Part shown: positions 48,985-57,750 of the stretch, in pieces | Layout: every line of letters begins with the position of its first letter | Numbering within the stretch: position 1 is the first letter of the stretch | Origin: a bacterium | GTDB taxonomy: Bacteria > UBA8248 | DNA: 64,000 nucleotides | Assembly: GCA_965202625.1 (NCBI GenBank) | Contig: CBDBBI010000010.1 | Coordinates: forward strand, 1,888,001-1,952,000 | Direction of reading: 5' to 3' | The notes under the pieces: generated by a model | Told to the model about the DNA's origin: nothing | Seen by the model: the letters and a program-made list of their open reading frames with translations, nothing else | Databases searched by the model: none | Translations under genes and position numbers: made by a program

Positions 48985-49247
48985 GGCGAAACCCCGGCAA
49001 GAGACGTTTCCGAACGAGCGCATCACCATCTGCGTGAAAACGCCATTATATCCCCTTCTTTCCCTGAATCGTCAAGCGCCGCGTCGCCTTCCGTGAAGCG
49101 CACTTCTCCAACTCCCCTGTCCCGGGAGGACTCATCGCCCCGGCTTCGATGGACAACGTGGACAATCCGCGCTTTCGATCTGTAGGATGGGAGATTGTCA
49201 ACACATGCCGATTTTGATTTTTTCGTCCATGAAAAAAGAGGACTCAC

Positions 49248-50231
49248 ATGAAACTCGCCACTTACAGGAACCTCTCGCCGGGCGCTTCCGGAGACCGACT
49301 CGGAGCCGTCCTAGATGATGGGAGAATGCTCGACCTCAGGCTCGCCTACGCAGGCTATCTCTCAGAGAAAGAGGGCGAAGGGCGTCCCTACGCGATGGCG
49401 AACGCGCGGATTCCCAGGGACATGCGCGATTTTCTCTGTGGAGGGGAGACGGCCCTGGCCGCAGCACGCGCCGCGCTCGATCACGCGGAGGCGATAGTCG
49501 CATCCGGCGGAGAACCGGCGGGGCCAGACGGGGAGCACGCCGCTCTCAAAAACAGGCACGTAAGCCTCAGAGCGCCCATTCCGCGCCCCGGCAAGTTCCT
49601 CCACACCGGTCTCAACTCGCACAAACACGTCGCGAACACGGGCCACGAGACGCCTAAAAACGTTCCAGGCGCCCCTCGGTTCCACACCTCGCTCATCGGC
49701 CACGAGGAGCCGGTGCTCTACCCGAAGCAAACCCGAATGCTCGACTACGAAGTGGAGGTCGCCATCGTCATCGGCAAATACTGCAAGGACGTGAAGCCCG
49801 AGGACGCCTTCGAAGTCATCCTGGGCTATACGGTCTACAACGACATCACGGCGCGCGAGGTGCAACGCTCCCCCGCCCTGGGCGGCGTGTTCTTAGGAAA
49901 GAACTTTGACGCCACGAACCCGATTGGCCCCTACGTCGTCACCGCCGAGGAGGTGCCGAACCCCGAATCGCTGCGCGCGCAATGCCGTGTGAACGGCGAG
50001 AAGCGCCAGGACGAGCGTTTGACCGACATGATCTTCAAGATACCCCAGCTCATCGCCTTCTACAGCCAAATGTCGCTGGAGCCGGGAGACATCATCTCAT
50101 CGGGAACGTTCTGCGGCGTGGCCCTTGAACAAGAAGACCCCGAACCGTTCCTGCTCAAGCCGGGAGACGTGGTGGAGTGCGAGGTCGAGCGCGTGGGCGT
50201 TCTGCGAAACCCCATCCGCGCCCAGGAGTGA
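49248..50231 (+). CDS. Fumarylacetoacetate hydrolase family protein
   Basis: LDYEVEVAIVIG, YNDITAR, GKNFD...IGP and LEPGDII.SGT. Confidence 0.93.
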   Translation: MKLATYRNLSPGASGDRLGAVLDDGRMLDLRLAYAGYLSEKEGEGRPYAMANARIPRDMRDFLCGGETALAAARAALDHAEAIVASGGEPAGPDGEHAALKNRHVSLRAPIPRPGKFLHTGLNSHKHVANTGHETPKNVPGAPRFHTSLIGHEEPVLYPKQTRMLDYEVEVAIVIGKYCKDVKPEDAFEVILGYTVYNDITAREVQRSPALGGVFLGKNFDATNPIGPYVVTAEEVPNPESLRAQCRVNGEKRQDERLTDMIFKIPQLIAFYSQMSLEPGDIISSGTFCGVALEQEDPEPFLLKPGDVVECEVERVGVLRNPIRAQE

Positions 50232-50234
50232 GTT

Positions 50235-51233
50235 TCACCCAGAGGAGAGGGCGAGTGTTTTTCTCGCCGCCGCCAGAATTTTCTCCGCACTGGGCAAGAC
50301 GATTTCCTCGAGTTTCACATGGACGGGAACGGGCAAGTCGAGGGCCGCCACGCGGGCGATAGGCGCTTTGAGCGCGCCGAAGGCCGCTTCTTGCAGCGAG
50401 GCGGCGATCTCCGCCCCCACTCCTCCACTCCTGTGTCCCTCCTCGGCTATCACGCAGGCGCCGGTCTTTCTGACCGAAGCCGCGACGCCCTCCACGTCAA
50501 GGGGATTGATGGTTCTCGGATCCACCACTTCGGCGTCCACCCCCTCCCGGGCGAGTCGCTCCGCCGCCTCCAGGCAATTTCGCACCTGGCTTCCCACCCC
50601 GACGAGCGTAATGTCCGACCCCTCTTTTTTCACCGCCGCCTCGCCGATGGGGATCGTATAATCCCCTTGCGGAACGAGGCCCTCCACGGAGTAGAGCGAG
50701 AGGTACTCCACGAAGAGCACGGGGTTCTCCTCCCTGATGGCAGACTTCAAAAGCCCCTTCGCGTCCATGGGGTCGCTCGGCACCACGACGCGCAAGCCCG
50801 GCACCTGGATGAACCAGGACTCAAGGCACTGGCTGTGCGTGGGGCCGTTCTGGACGCCGCCGCCCTCGGGCGCGCGAATCACAATGGGAACGCTCACCTG
50901 GCCTCCGAGCATGTAGCGCAGCTTCGCCGCCTGATTCGCTATGGGGTCGATCGCCAGCATCATGAAATCGATGCGCCTCATGTCGAGAACGGGCCGGTAG
51001 CCCGCCATCGCGGCGCCGACGGCGGCGCCGGTGAAGCCGAGCTCGCTGATGGGCGTGTTGCGCACACGCTCATGGCCGAATCTCTCGCCCAGGCCCGCCG
51101 TGACGGGAGAGACGGAGGAGAGCGCCACGTCCTCCCCCATGAGGAACACCTTTGCGTCGCGCGTCATCTCCTCATGGAGCGCCTCGTTGAGCGCCGCCGC
51201 GTATGAAATCGCGCGCATCCCCTTCTCAGGCAT
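50235..51233 (-). CDS. TPP-dependent 2-oxoacid/acetoin dehydrogenase E1 beta subunit
   Basis: GEDV, NTPISE, HSQ.LE.W...PGLRVV.P and DPRTI.PLD. Confidence 0.93.
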   Translation of the reverse strand: MPEKGMRAISYAAALNEALHEEMTRDAKVFLMGEDVALSSVSPVTAGLGERFGHERVRNTPISELGFTGAAVGAAMAGYRPVLDMRRIDFMMLAIDPIANQAAKLRYMLGGQVSVPIVIRAPEGGGVQNGPTHSQCLESWFIQVPGLRVVVPSDPMDAKGLLKSAIREENPVLFVEYLSLYSVEGLVPQGDYTIPIGEAAVKKEGSDITLVGVGSQVRNCLEAAERLAREGVDAEVVDPRTINPLDVEGVAASVRKTGACVIAEEGHRSGGVGAEIAASLQEAAFGALKAPIARVAALDLPVPVHVKLEEIVLPSAEKILAAARKTLALSSG

Positions 51234-52194
51234 AGAGATCCTCATACACGTCGTCGGGTCGGGGTTCGGGGCTCGCCTCCGCGAAAGCCATCGCCTCCCT
51301 CAACTCTCCCTCCACGGCCTCCAGGTGCGCTTTTTTCTGCGCGGCGCTCACGCCCAGTATCCTCTCCGCCACGAGCAGGGGGTCTTTCTCCTTCCACTCG
51401 CGCCACTCATCTTCCGTCCTGTATCGTCCGAAATGGGGGTCTTTTCTCGCGTGGCCAAAATACCGATAGGTTTTCGCCTCGATCAGGCTGGGGCCCAAAC
51501 CCTTGCGCGCGCGGTCGACAGCCTCGCGCATCACCTCATAAACCGCCAGCACATCCATGCCGTCAACGGTCGCGCCGGGCACGTCGTAGCCCGACGCGCG
51601 CGCGCTGATGTCCGCCACCGAGGTGGCATACTGCACCCGCGTGGTGGACGCGAAATGGTTATTCTCACAAAAGAAGATGACGGGGAGCTTCCATATCGAT
51701 GCCAGATTCATCGACTCGTGAAAGCTGCCCTCGTTCGCCGCGCCATCGCCGAAAAAAACAACCGCCACCTGCTCCTTTCCTTCAAAATGAAAGGCGAGAC
51801 CGATACCGACCGCCATGGGCATGTTCGATCCCACGATGGAATGCGCGCCATAATGGCCCTTCGACACGTCGGCGATGTGCATGGAGCCGCCCTTGGCGTG
51901 GCAAAGGCCGGTCGCCTTGCCCAGAAGCTCCGCCATCATCTCGGGCAGGCGCGTCCCCTTGGCGATGGAGTGGCCGTGGCCGCGGTGGGTGGTGAGAATC
52001 GCGTCATCATCCGCAAGCGCGCAGCACGCGCCAACAGAACAAGCCTCCTGGCCCACGCTCACGTGGATGCCGCCCATCACCTCTCCGCTCTCGAACAGAT
52101 CGAACGCCGTCTCCTCAAACCGTCTGATGCGCAGCATGGCGCGATACATCGCCTGCATCCGCTCGCTGCTCAAAGACGCCTTCCCTTTGGTCAA
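51226..52194 (-). CDS. TPP-dependent 2-oxoacid/acetoin dehydrogenase E1 alpha subunit
   Basis: GQEA, THRGHGH, KGGSMH, GDGA.NEG...ENN TPP motif and TYRYFGH. TTG start with RBS assumed. Confidence 0.93.
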   Translation of the reverse strand: MTKGKASLSSERMQAMYRAMLRIRRFEETAFDLFESGEVMGGIHVSVGQEACSVGACCALADDDAILTTHRGHGHSIAKGTRLPEMMAELLGKATGLCHAKGGSMHIADVSKGHYGAHSIVGSNMPMAVGIGLAFHFEGKEQVAVVFFGDGAANEGSFHESMNLASIWKLPVIFFCENNHFASTTRVQYATSVADISARASGYDVPGATVDGMDVLAVYEVMREAVDRARKGLGPSLIEAKTYRYFGHARKDPHFGRYRTEDEWREWKEKDPLLVAERILGVSAAQKKAHLEAVEGELREAMAFAEASPEPRPDDVYEDLYA

Positions 52195-52285
52195 AAGCGT
52201 TCTCCTTCCCGCAAGGATGGGTGGGGTTCCCTCAAACCTAGACACTCGCGTGAAATTCTCACAAATCGCCCCTCCCCGCAAGCGA

Positions 52286-52693
52286 TCATTCAGACTTCGC
52301 CTTTTCCTCCTCGGCCTGCTCGTCGGCGATGCGTTTGAGAGCATACAAACCTTCCATCAACACGGGCGCACCCCCACCGATGCTCGCCACCTCGAACGCC
52401 TCAAGCGCCTCCTCCATCGTCGCGCCCAGCCGCAGCGCCTTCTTGGTGTGGGTATAGACTTCGTGCTTCATGCCCTTGAAAGCCAGAAGGCCGATTTCGA
52501 TGAGTTCGCGCGTCTTCGGATCCAGATGGCGCGGCTTCTCCTTGAAAAACCCCCAGTGCATCTGCGAATAGACCTCGAAATAATCCGGATCCAACTGCGC
52601 CCCAAAGCCGAGCACGTCATACACGAACCCCCGGTCTCCATGAATTTTTTCCGTGATGCGCTTTACCTTCTCTTCTCTCGTCTCCTCCTTCAT
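52286..52693 (-). CDS. Carboxymuconolactone decarboxylase (CMD/AhpD-like) family protein
   Basis: LDPKTRELI....H...ALRLGAT.EE; no CxxC. Confidence 0.88.
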   Translation of the reverse strand: MKEETREEKVKRITEKIHGDRGFVYDVLGFGAQLDPDYFEVYSQMHWGFFKEKPRHLDPKTRELIEIGLLAFKGMKHEVYTHTKKALRLGATMEEALEAFEVASIGGGAPVLMEGLYALKRIADEQAEEEKAKSE

Positions 52694-52767
52694 CCTCTTC
52701 TCCTTATTATGGACGAAGCGAAGGCGGAGATTTCAGAACCCAAAATCCCCGCCGTAAACGCGCGCGC

Positions 52768-53940
52768 TCACGCGACCCTGAACCTGTCCATCCACCAGTC
52801 CGCAATCCACTCGCCGCACGTCGGCAGGTTGTCGAAGACGCAATGCTGGCTGCCGCCATCCTCAAGCGTGAAGATTTTCAGCTGCTTCTCCTTTGAGCCG
52901 CACGCCTCATACAACTTGCGTGCCATCTTGACCGGCACGATGTTGTCGTCCGCCCCGTGGATGATGCAGATGGGCATCCGTATCCTCTCCGCGACGCCCG
53001 CCAGCGTATAGGCCTTGCATTTTTCCATCGCCGAGTCCATGTCCGGCGTTCCCAGCACCCAAGGAAGCTGCCATATGGCGGAGGAGGAAACCGTGCCGCC
53101 GCCCTCCAGAACCTTGCGCCTGTGAACCCAGACCTCGTGATAGTCAAAATGGGCGCCCCAGGCGAGACAGGCCGCGTAGCGATGCTCAAAGGCGGCGATG
53201 CGCGGGGCGTAGTAACCCCCCATGCTCATGGCCATGAGGCCGATGCGCGCGGAATCCACCTCGGGCCGCGCGTCGAGAAAATCGAAGGCCGCCGTTCCGG
53301 CCGCCTCGTAATCCGGACGACTCGGTATCTTCCGAAGCCTGAGCGTCTCCCCCTGGCCTGGTCCATCCACGCAGAGTGCCCCGACGCCGCGCTCCGTCAG
53401 AGAAAGTGCGCCCCACAGCGCGGTGATCTCCTTGGAACCGTCGAGTCCATCAAAAAAGGCGACATAGGGATCGCGCCCCGTTGGGTTTCTGGGCGGAAAA
53501 AGGTAGGCCGCGAGCGGGCCCTCCTCATAGGGTACCTCCACGCGCTGAAATCCGGGTGCGCGGCCCTTCATCCCCTTCTCGTAGTGGAGAAGCAATTTTT
53601 TGTAGGATTGCGCTTTTCTCGGATCGCCAGGATGCACGAAACGCTCGCTCGCGTAGCGATAGATCGCGCTTCGCACATAGGCGGCCATCGAGGTGCGCGC
53701 ATGGCCCTTGCGCTCCTCCTCCTCGGCGCGGGTCAGGGTTTTATCCGCCATCCAGGTCCACGCCTCGCGCCATGCTTCGGCGTCGCCTGTCCGCCCGCTC
53801 AGGCGTTTTCCAACCTGATCCACCTCCTGGAAGTTCGATCCGCCCATCGGCGCGACGCTGATTAGCCCCGCCATCAACTGCGACCATAGATAGTGCTCGG
53901 GAAAATACCGAAACCACGAGCCGACGATGGCCTCCGCCAT
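52768..53940 (-). CDS. Alpha/beta hydrolase, DHPON-hydrolase/FrsA-like (paralogue 3)
   Basis: WFRYFPEHYLWS, DGLDGSKE, AMSMGGYYAPR and QHC. Confidence 0.88.
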   Translation of the reverse strand: MAEAIVGSWFRYFPEHYLWSQLMAGLISVAPMGGSNFQEVDQVGKRLSGRTGDAEAWREAWTWMADKTLTRAEEEERKGHARTSMAAYVRSAIYRYASERFVHPGDPRKAQSYKKLLLHYEKGMKGRAPGFQRVEVPYEEGPLAAYLFPPRNPTGRDPYVAFFDGLDGSKEITALWGALSLTERGVGALCVDGPGQGETLRLRKIPSRPDYEAAGTAAFDFLDARPEVDSARIGLMAMSMGGYYAPRIAAFEHRYAACLAWGAHFDYHEVWVHRRKVLEGGGTVSSSAIWQLPWVLGTPDMDSAMEKCKAYTLAGVAERIRMPICIIHGADDNIVPVKMARKLYEACGSKEKQLKIFTLEDGGSQHCVFDNLPTCGEWIADWWMDRFRVA

Positions 53941-54149
53941 AAGAAAAGCCTCCTCAAACCTGAACGCGCTGACGCGCTCCAAAACGTGAAAACCATACAC
54001 GCAACGCCGGCGATTTCACAAGGAGCACAAAGAAAAGTACGATCGCAGAAAATCCATATTCACGCTTTGACGCCCCATTCCCACACGTGATAGACTTCTT
54101 AGAATCGATAGCAAAAAAGGGGGCTTCTCCAGGAAGTCGCAGCGAGCTA

Positions 54150-54165
54150 GAAAATCTGGATTTTC
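54150..54165. promoter_or_regulatory. Palindromic operator candidate GAAAATC-TG-GATTTTC in divergent promoter region
   Basis: Perfect 7-bp inverted repeat; another GAAAATC half-site at 54048. Confidence 0.45.
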
Positions 54166-54219
54166 CGGTTTTCTCAACAGGGTATGGAACCCATCTCTTC
54201 ATCCAAAGGAGGAAAGCAC

Positions 54220-55749
54220 ATGAGAAGGTTTCTCGTAATTCTGACCGCCTTCGCCGTTCTGGCGATCGGCGCGCCCATGACGGCGGACGCGAAAAGCACC
54301 GTCACCATCGCCCTGACGGGCGAGCCGCCGACGATGGACCCGCACCGCGTCTCGAACTTCATCGGCGCGATGGTCTGGCGCTGGAGCTACGACACCCTTC
54401 TTCACTCTGAGACCGGAACGGGCGAGAAAAAGCCATGGCTCGCCACGAAGTGGGTGAAGATATCTCCCTTGAAAGTGAAGTTTCATCTGAGAAAGGGCGT
54501 AAAATTCTCGGACGGCACGCGCTTCACTGCGGAGAACTTCAAATACACCATCAGCCGCATCATGAAGTCCGCGCGTCAAAGACAATATTTCAAAAACATC
54601 GAAAACATCGAAATTCTCGACGACCACACCTTCATTTATCACAACAAGCAGCCCGACGGCGGCATGTGGAACCGCCTGACCCGCTGGGCCGGGCCCATCA
54701 GCCTGAAAACCAAGGGGATGGATCTCGCGCAAATCTCCCGCAACACCTATGGCACGGGTCCCTACATCCTGAAATCCTGGACCAAGGGCCAGAGGATGGT
54801 GTTCGAGGCGAATCCAAACTGGTGGAACAACAAGAACTTTCCGAAACGGCCGCAGCGCATCATCCTCCGCCGCATTCGGGAGAGCGCCACACGCGCCAAG
54901 GCGCTCCAGACGGGCGAGATCGACGTAGCCTGGGGCATTATGCCGCAGTTCATTCCCCAGCTGGAGAAAAACCCGAAGACGAAGATCGCCGTCGTCCCCG
55001 CCGTGCGCATCATGCACATGGGTTTCTTCACGGGACACGGCGGCCCGATGGCCAACGTCAAGGTGCGCAAGGCGCTCAACTACGCCATCGACGCAGAGGC
55101 GATACGCACGACCATTCTGGGCGGGCGCGCGGATCTGTTCGGACAGATGCTCCACCCATGGAACTACTCGGGCTACAACCCGAACAAAAAATGGTACGGC
55201 TACGAACCGGCCAAGGCGAAAGCGCTCCTTGAGGAAGCCGGCTACCCCGAAGGCTTCAAGATGGAGATCATCGCCACGAACGGCCGCTACCCAGGCGACA
55301 AGCCGACTTGCGAGGCCATCGCCGGAATGATCAAAAAAGTCGGCGTAGACGCCTCCTGTAACTCTCAACGCTTCCCGCTCTACAAGAAGCTCCACCGCGC
55401 CTACAAGGCGGGCAAGAAAAAGGGCGCGGCCGCCTACTACATGGGCTTCGGCAACGGCCAGGGCGACTCCACTTCCGTCCTTCGTGGAACGTCGGGCTGC
55501 AAAGGCCCCTGGAGCGGCATGTGCTTTGAGGAGCTGGACAAGATGATCGACATGGCCACGGCCGTCGTCGATCCGCAAAAGCAGCAGGCCGCCTTCGAGT
55601 CCGTGACCGACAAGATGAAGGAGTTGGCCACGCACAAGATCGTCGTGAAGATTCACGATGTGCTCGGCCACAGCTCGAACCTTGAGTGGACTCCGCGCCA
55701 CGACGAAACCCTCCTGCCATGGGAGATCGGGGTGCTCGGGAGCAACTAG
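54220..55749 (+). CDS. ABC transporter substrate-binding protein, family 5 (DppA-like)
   Basis: Signal peptide, TMDPH, LRKGVKFSDGT, GTGPY, VRKALNYAID and AKALLEEAGY. Confidence 0.95.
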   Translation: MRRFLVILTAFAVLAIGAPMTADAKSTVTIALTGEPPTMDPHRVSNFIGAMVWRWSYDTLLHSETGTGEKKPWLATKWVKISPLKVKFHLRKGVKFSDGTRFTAENFKYTISRIMKSARQRQYFKNIENIEILDDHTFIYHNKQPDGGMWNRLTRWAGPISLKTKGMDLAQISRNTYGTGPYILKSWTKGQRMVFEANPNWWNNKNFPKRPQRIILRRIRESATRAKALQTGEIDVAWGIMPQFIPQLEKNPKTKIAVVPAVRIMHMGFFTGHGGPMANVKVRKALNYAIDAEAIRTTILGGRADLFGQMLHPWNYSGYNPNKKWYGYEPAKAKALLEEAGYPEGFKMEIIATNGRYPGDKPTCEAIAGMIKKVGVDASCNSQRFPLYKKLHRAYKAGKKKGAAAYYMGFGNGQGDSTSVLRGTSGCKGPWSGMCFEELDKMIDMATAVVDPQKQQAAFESVTDKMKELATHKIVVKIHDVLGHSSNLEWTPRHDETLLPWEIGVLGSN

Positions 55750-55778
55750 CCAGACGTTTTGTCTTGACTTAGTCTCAC

Positions 55779-55816
55779 ACCGCGGGGGGCGCGTTTAGAG
55801 CCCCCCGCGGTTTTTT
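55779..55816 (+). terminator. Rho-independent terminator
   Basis: ACCGCGGGGGGC / GCCCCCCGCGGT stem followed by a T run, just after the SBP stop. Confidence 0.85.
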
Positions 55817-55919
55817 ACGCCCTCCCCAAGGGTTCACGCTTGCAAGTCGGCATTGCGCTTCTCCTTCTTCGCGCTATAGGTTGCAAGCTATCGGCAAATA
55901 ACAAAAAAGAGGATCGCGC

Positions 55920-56933
55920 ATGAAATTCGGCATCTTCCTGTCCGCGCAACAGACGCTGGACGCCAACCTGATCGACGCCCTCCATGATCAAATCGACCTG
56001 ATCCGCCTGGTACGCGACAAGGGCTGGAATTCTTTTTTCACCGGTCAGCACTATCTCAGCGAGGGGAACGTGCAGCACCTGCAAAACCTCCCTTTTCTGG
56101 CGCGCCTCAAGGCGGAGGCGGGCGAAATGACTCTCGGCATCGGCGTCTTGCTCATCAACCTGCACAATCCGGTCTATGTGGCGGAGACCGTCGCTACCAT
56201 GGACGTCATCGCGGAAGGCAACATGGCCTTCGGCGTCGGCCTGGGCTACCGCGACGTGGAGTTCGACGCTTTTGGCGTCAGGCGGGGCGAGCGGGTGAAG
56301 CGCTTCGTGGACTGCCTGGAGCTGGTGAAGCGCCTTTGGACGGAGGAAGCCGTGTCGTTCGAGAGTGAATACTGCACGCTCAAGGACGCGCGCCTGAACA
56401 TGCGCCCCGTGCAAAAGCCCCATCCGCCCATCTGGTTCGCAGCGAACAGCGACCCCGCCGTGCGGCGGGCGGCGCATCTGGGCGACACGCTCTTCATCAA
56501 CCCGCACGCCACCACGCGAACCATCGCGCGTCAGATGGACGTCTATCGCAAAGAGCTGGATGCGGTGGAAAAACCCTTTCCGAAGGAGCTGCCCTGCATG
56601 AAGGAGGTTTTTTGCGCCAAGGACAGAAAAACGGCCCTCGCACTCGCCAGCCCCTATCTCGGTCAGAAATACAGGGACTACGCCCGTTGGGGGCAGGACA
56701 GAGCACTGCCCGAAGATGAGACCTTCGATCAGCCGTTTGAGGAATTGCTGAAAGATCGCTTCGTCATCGGATCGCCGGAGGATTGCTATGAAGGGCTAAA
56801 ACCCTACAAGGAAATGGGCGTGAACCACCTCATCATCCGCACGAGCTGGATAGGGATGCCCGCCTCATCCGCTCTGGAGAGTGCGCGGCTCATCTCCGAT
56901 GAACTCATCCCCGCGCTGCGAGAAGGCGGATGA
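55920..56933 (+). CDS. LLM-class flavin-dependent oxidoreductase
   Basis: MKFGIF, GQHY, NPV.VAE.VATMD, GVGLGYR..EF and PVQKPHPPIW. Confidence 0.92.
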   Translation: MKFGIFLSAQQTLDANLIDALHDQIDLIRLVRDKGWNSFFTGQHYLSEGNVQHLQNLPFLARLKAEAGEMTLGIGVLLINLHNPVYVAETVATMDVIAEGNMAFGVGLGYRDVEFDAFGVRRGERVKRFVDCLELVKRLWTEEAVSFESEYCTLKDARLNMRPVQKPHPPIWFAANSDPAVRRAAHLGDTLFINPHATTRTIARQMDVYRKELDAVEKPFPKELPCMKEVFCAKDRKTALALASPYLGQKYRDYARWGQDRALPEDETFDQPFEELLKDRFVIGSPEDCYEGLKPYKEMGVNHLIIRTSWIGMPASSALESARLISDELIPALREGG

Positions 56934-57012
56934 TAGGCCAAGAAGGCGGCCCCGCTTCGCGGTTGTTCATAGGTTCTTCCCCCATATTCTTGAGGACGGG
57001 AGAAATCCGAAA

Positions 57013-57613
57013 ATGACTTGCGCGAAACCTATCGAAGCTTGTGCCGTTGACGTGGAGACTACCAGGCTGGACCCTGGGGGCGACAGGATCGTCACCGCGG
57101 GCCTTGCCAGAACCAGAATTGACCCGACCGAGGCGGGGGCGGAAGTCGAGGCGATGGAAGTCATAGTGAATCCCGGGATTCCCATTCCTTCAGAGGCTTC
57201 CAGCGTGCACGGAATTTGCGACCAAGACGTCAAGGCTCTTGGGCCTTTTGAAGAAGTGGCACAACAAGTGAGAGATTTCATCGGGAACCGGGCGTTGGTG
57301 GGCCACAACGTTTCCTTTGACAAGGCGTTCCTAAACGCTGCGCTCAAAAGAGCCGGCCTGCAAACCCTGCACAGAAACAAAAGCATCTGCACCATGCAGA
57401 AAATGGAAGAACTGAGGGGAGCGTTCGGGGCAGGCTACGTGAGGACCAACCTGGAAAACACGCGTCCTGGAAGATGCCTTGCTATCGCTTCGGATAGCGG
57501 GCTGGTTCGTGAGATACGAAGCGGGAGTCGGGGAATTAAGCAAGAAAAGAATCGAACAAGGCAGGGCGACAACGGCAATAGGCGGGTTTCTGCTCTCTTT
57601 GCTCCCCACGTGA
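57013..57613 (+). pseudogene. DnaQ-like 3'-5' exonuclease with internal deletion/frameshift
   Basis: ExoI DVETT, HGI and ExoII GHNVSFD in frame; the ExoIII tail LEDALLSLRIA appears in another frame from 57467, with the His segment missing. Confidence 0.75.
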
Positions 57614-57750
57614 GCAGGCCGTCTCTTTTCCTGCAAGCACGGGAGCCATCGTCCGCGCTTTTTCTAGCGCAAAGACGCCGGGTTTCCTGAAAGACGAGCG
57701 GGGTTCAGGCTTTCGGGCGGAATGCTCCCCCAAACTCCAAGGAGAGACTC

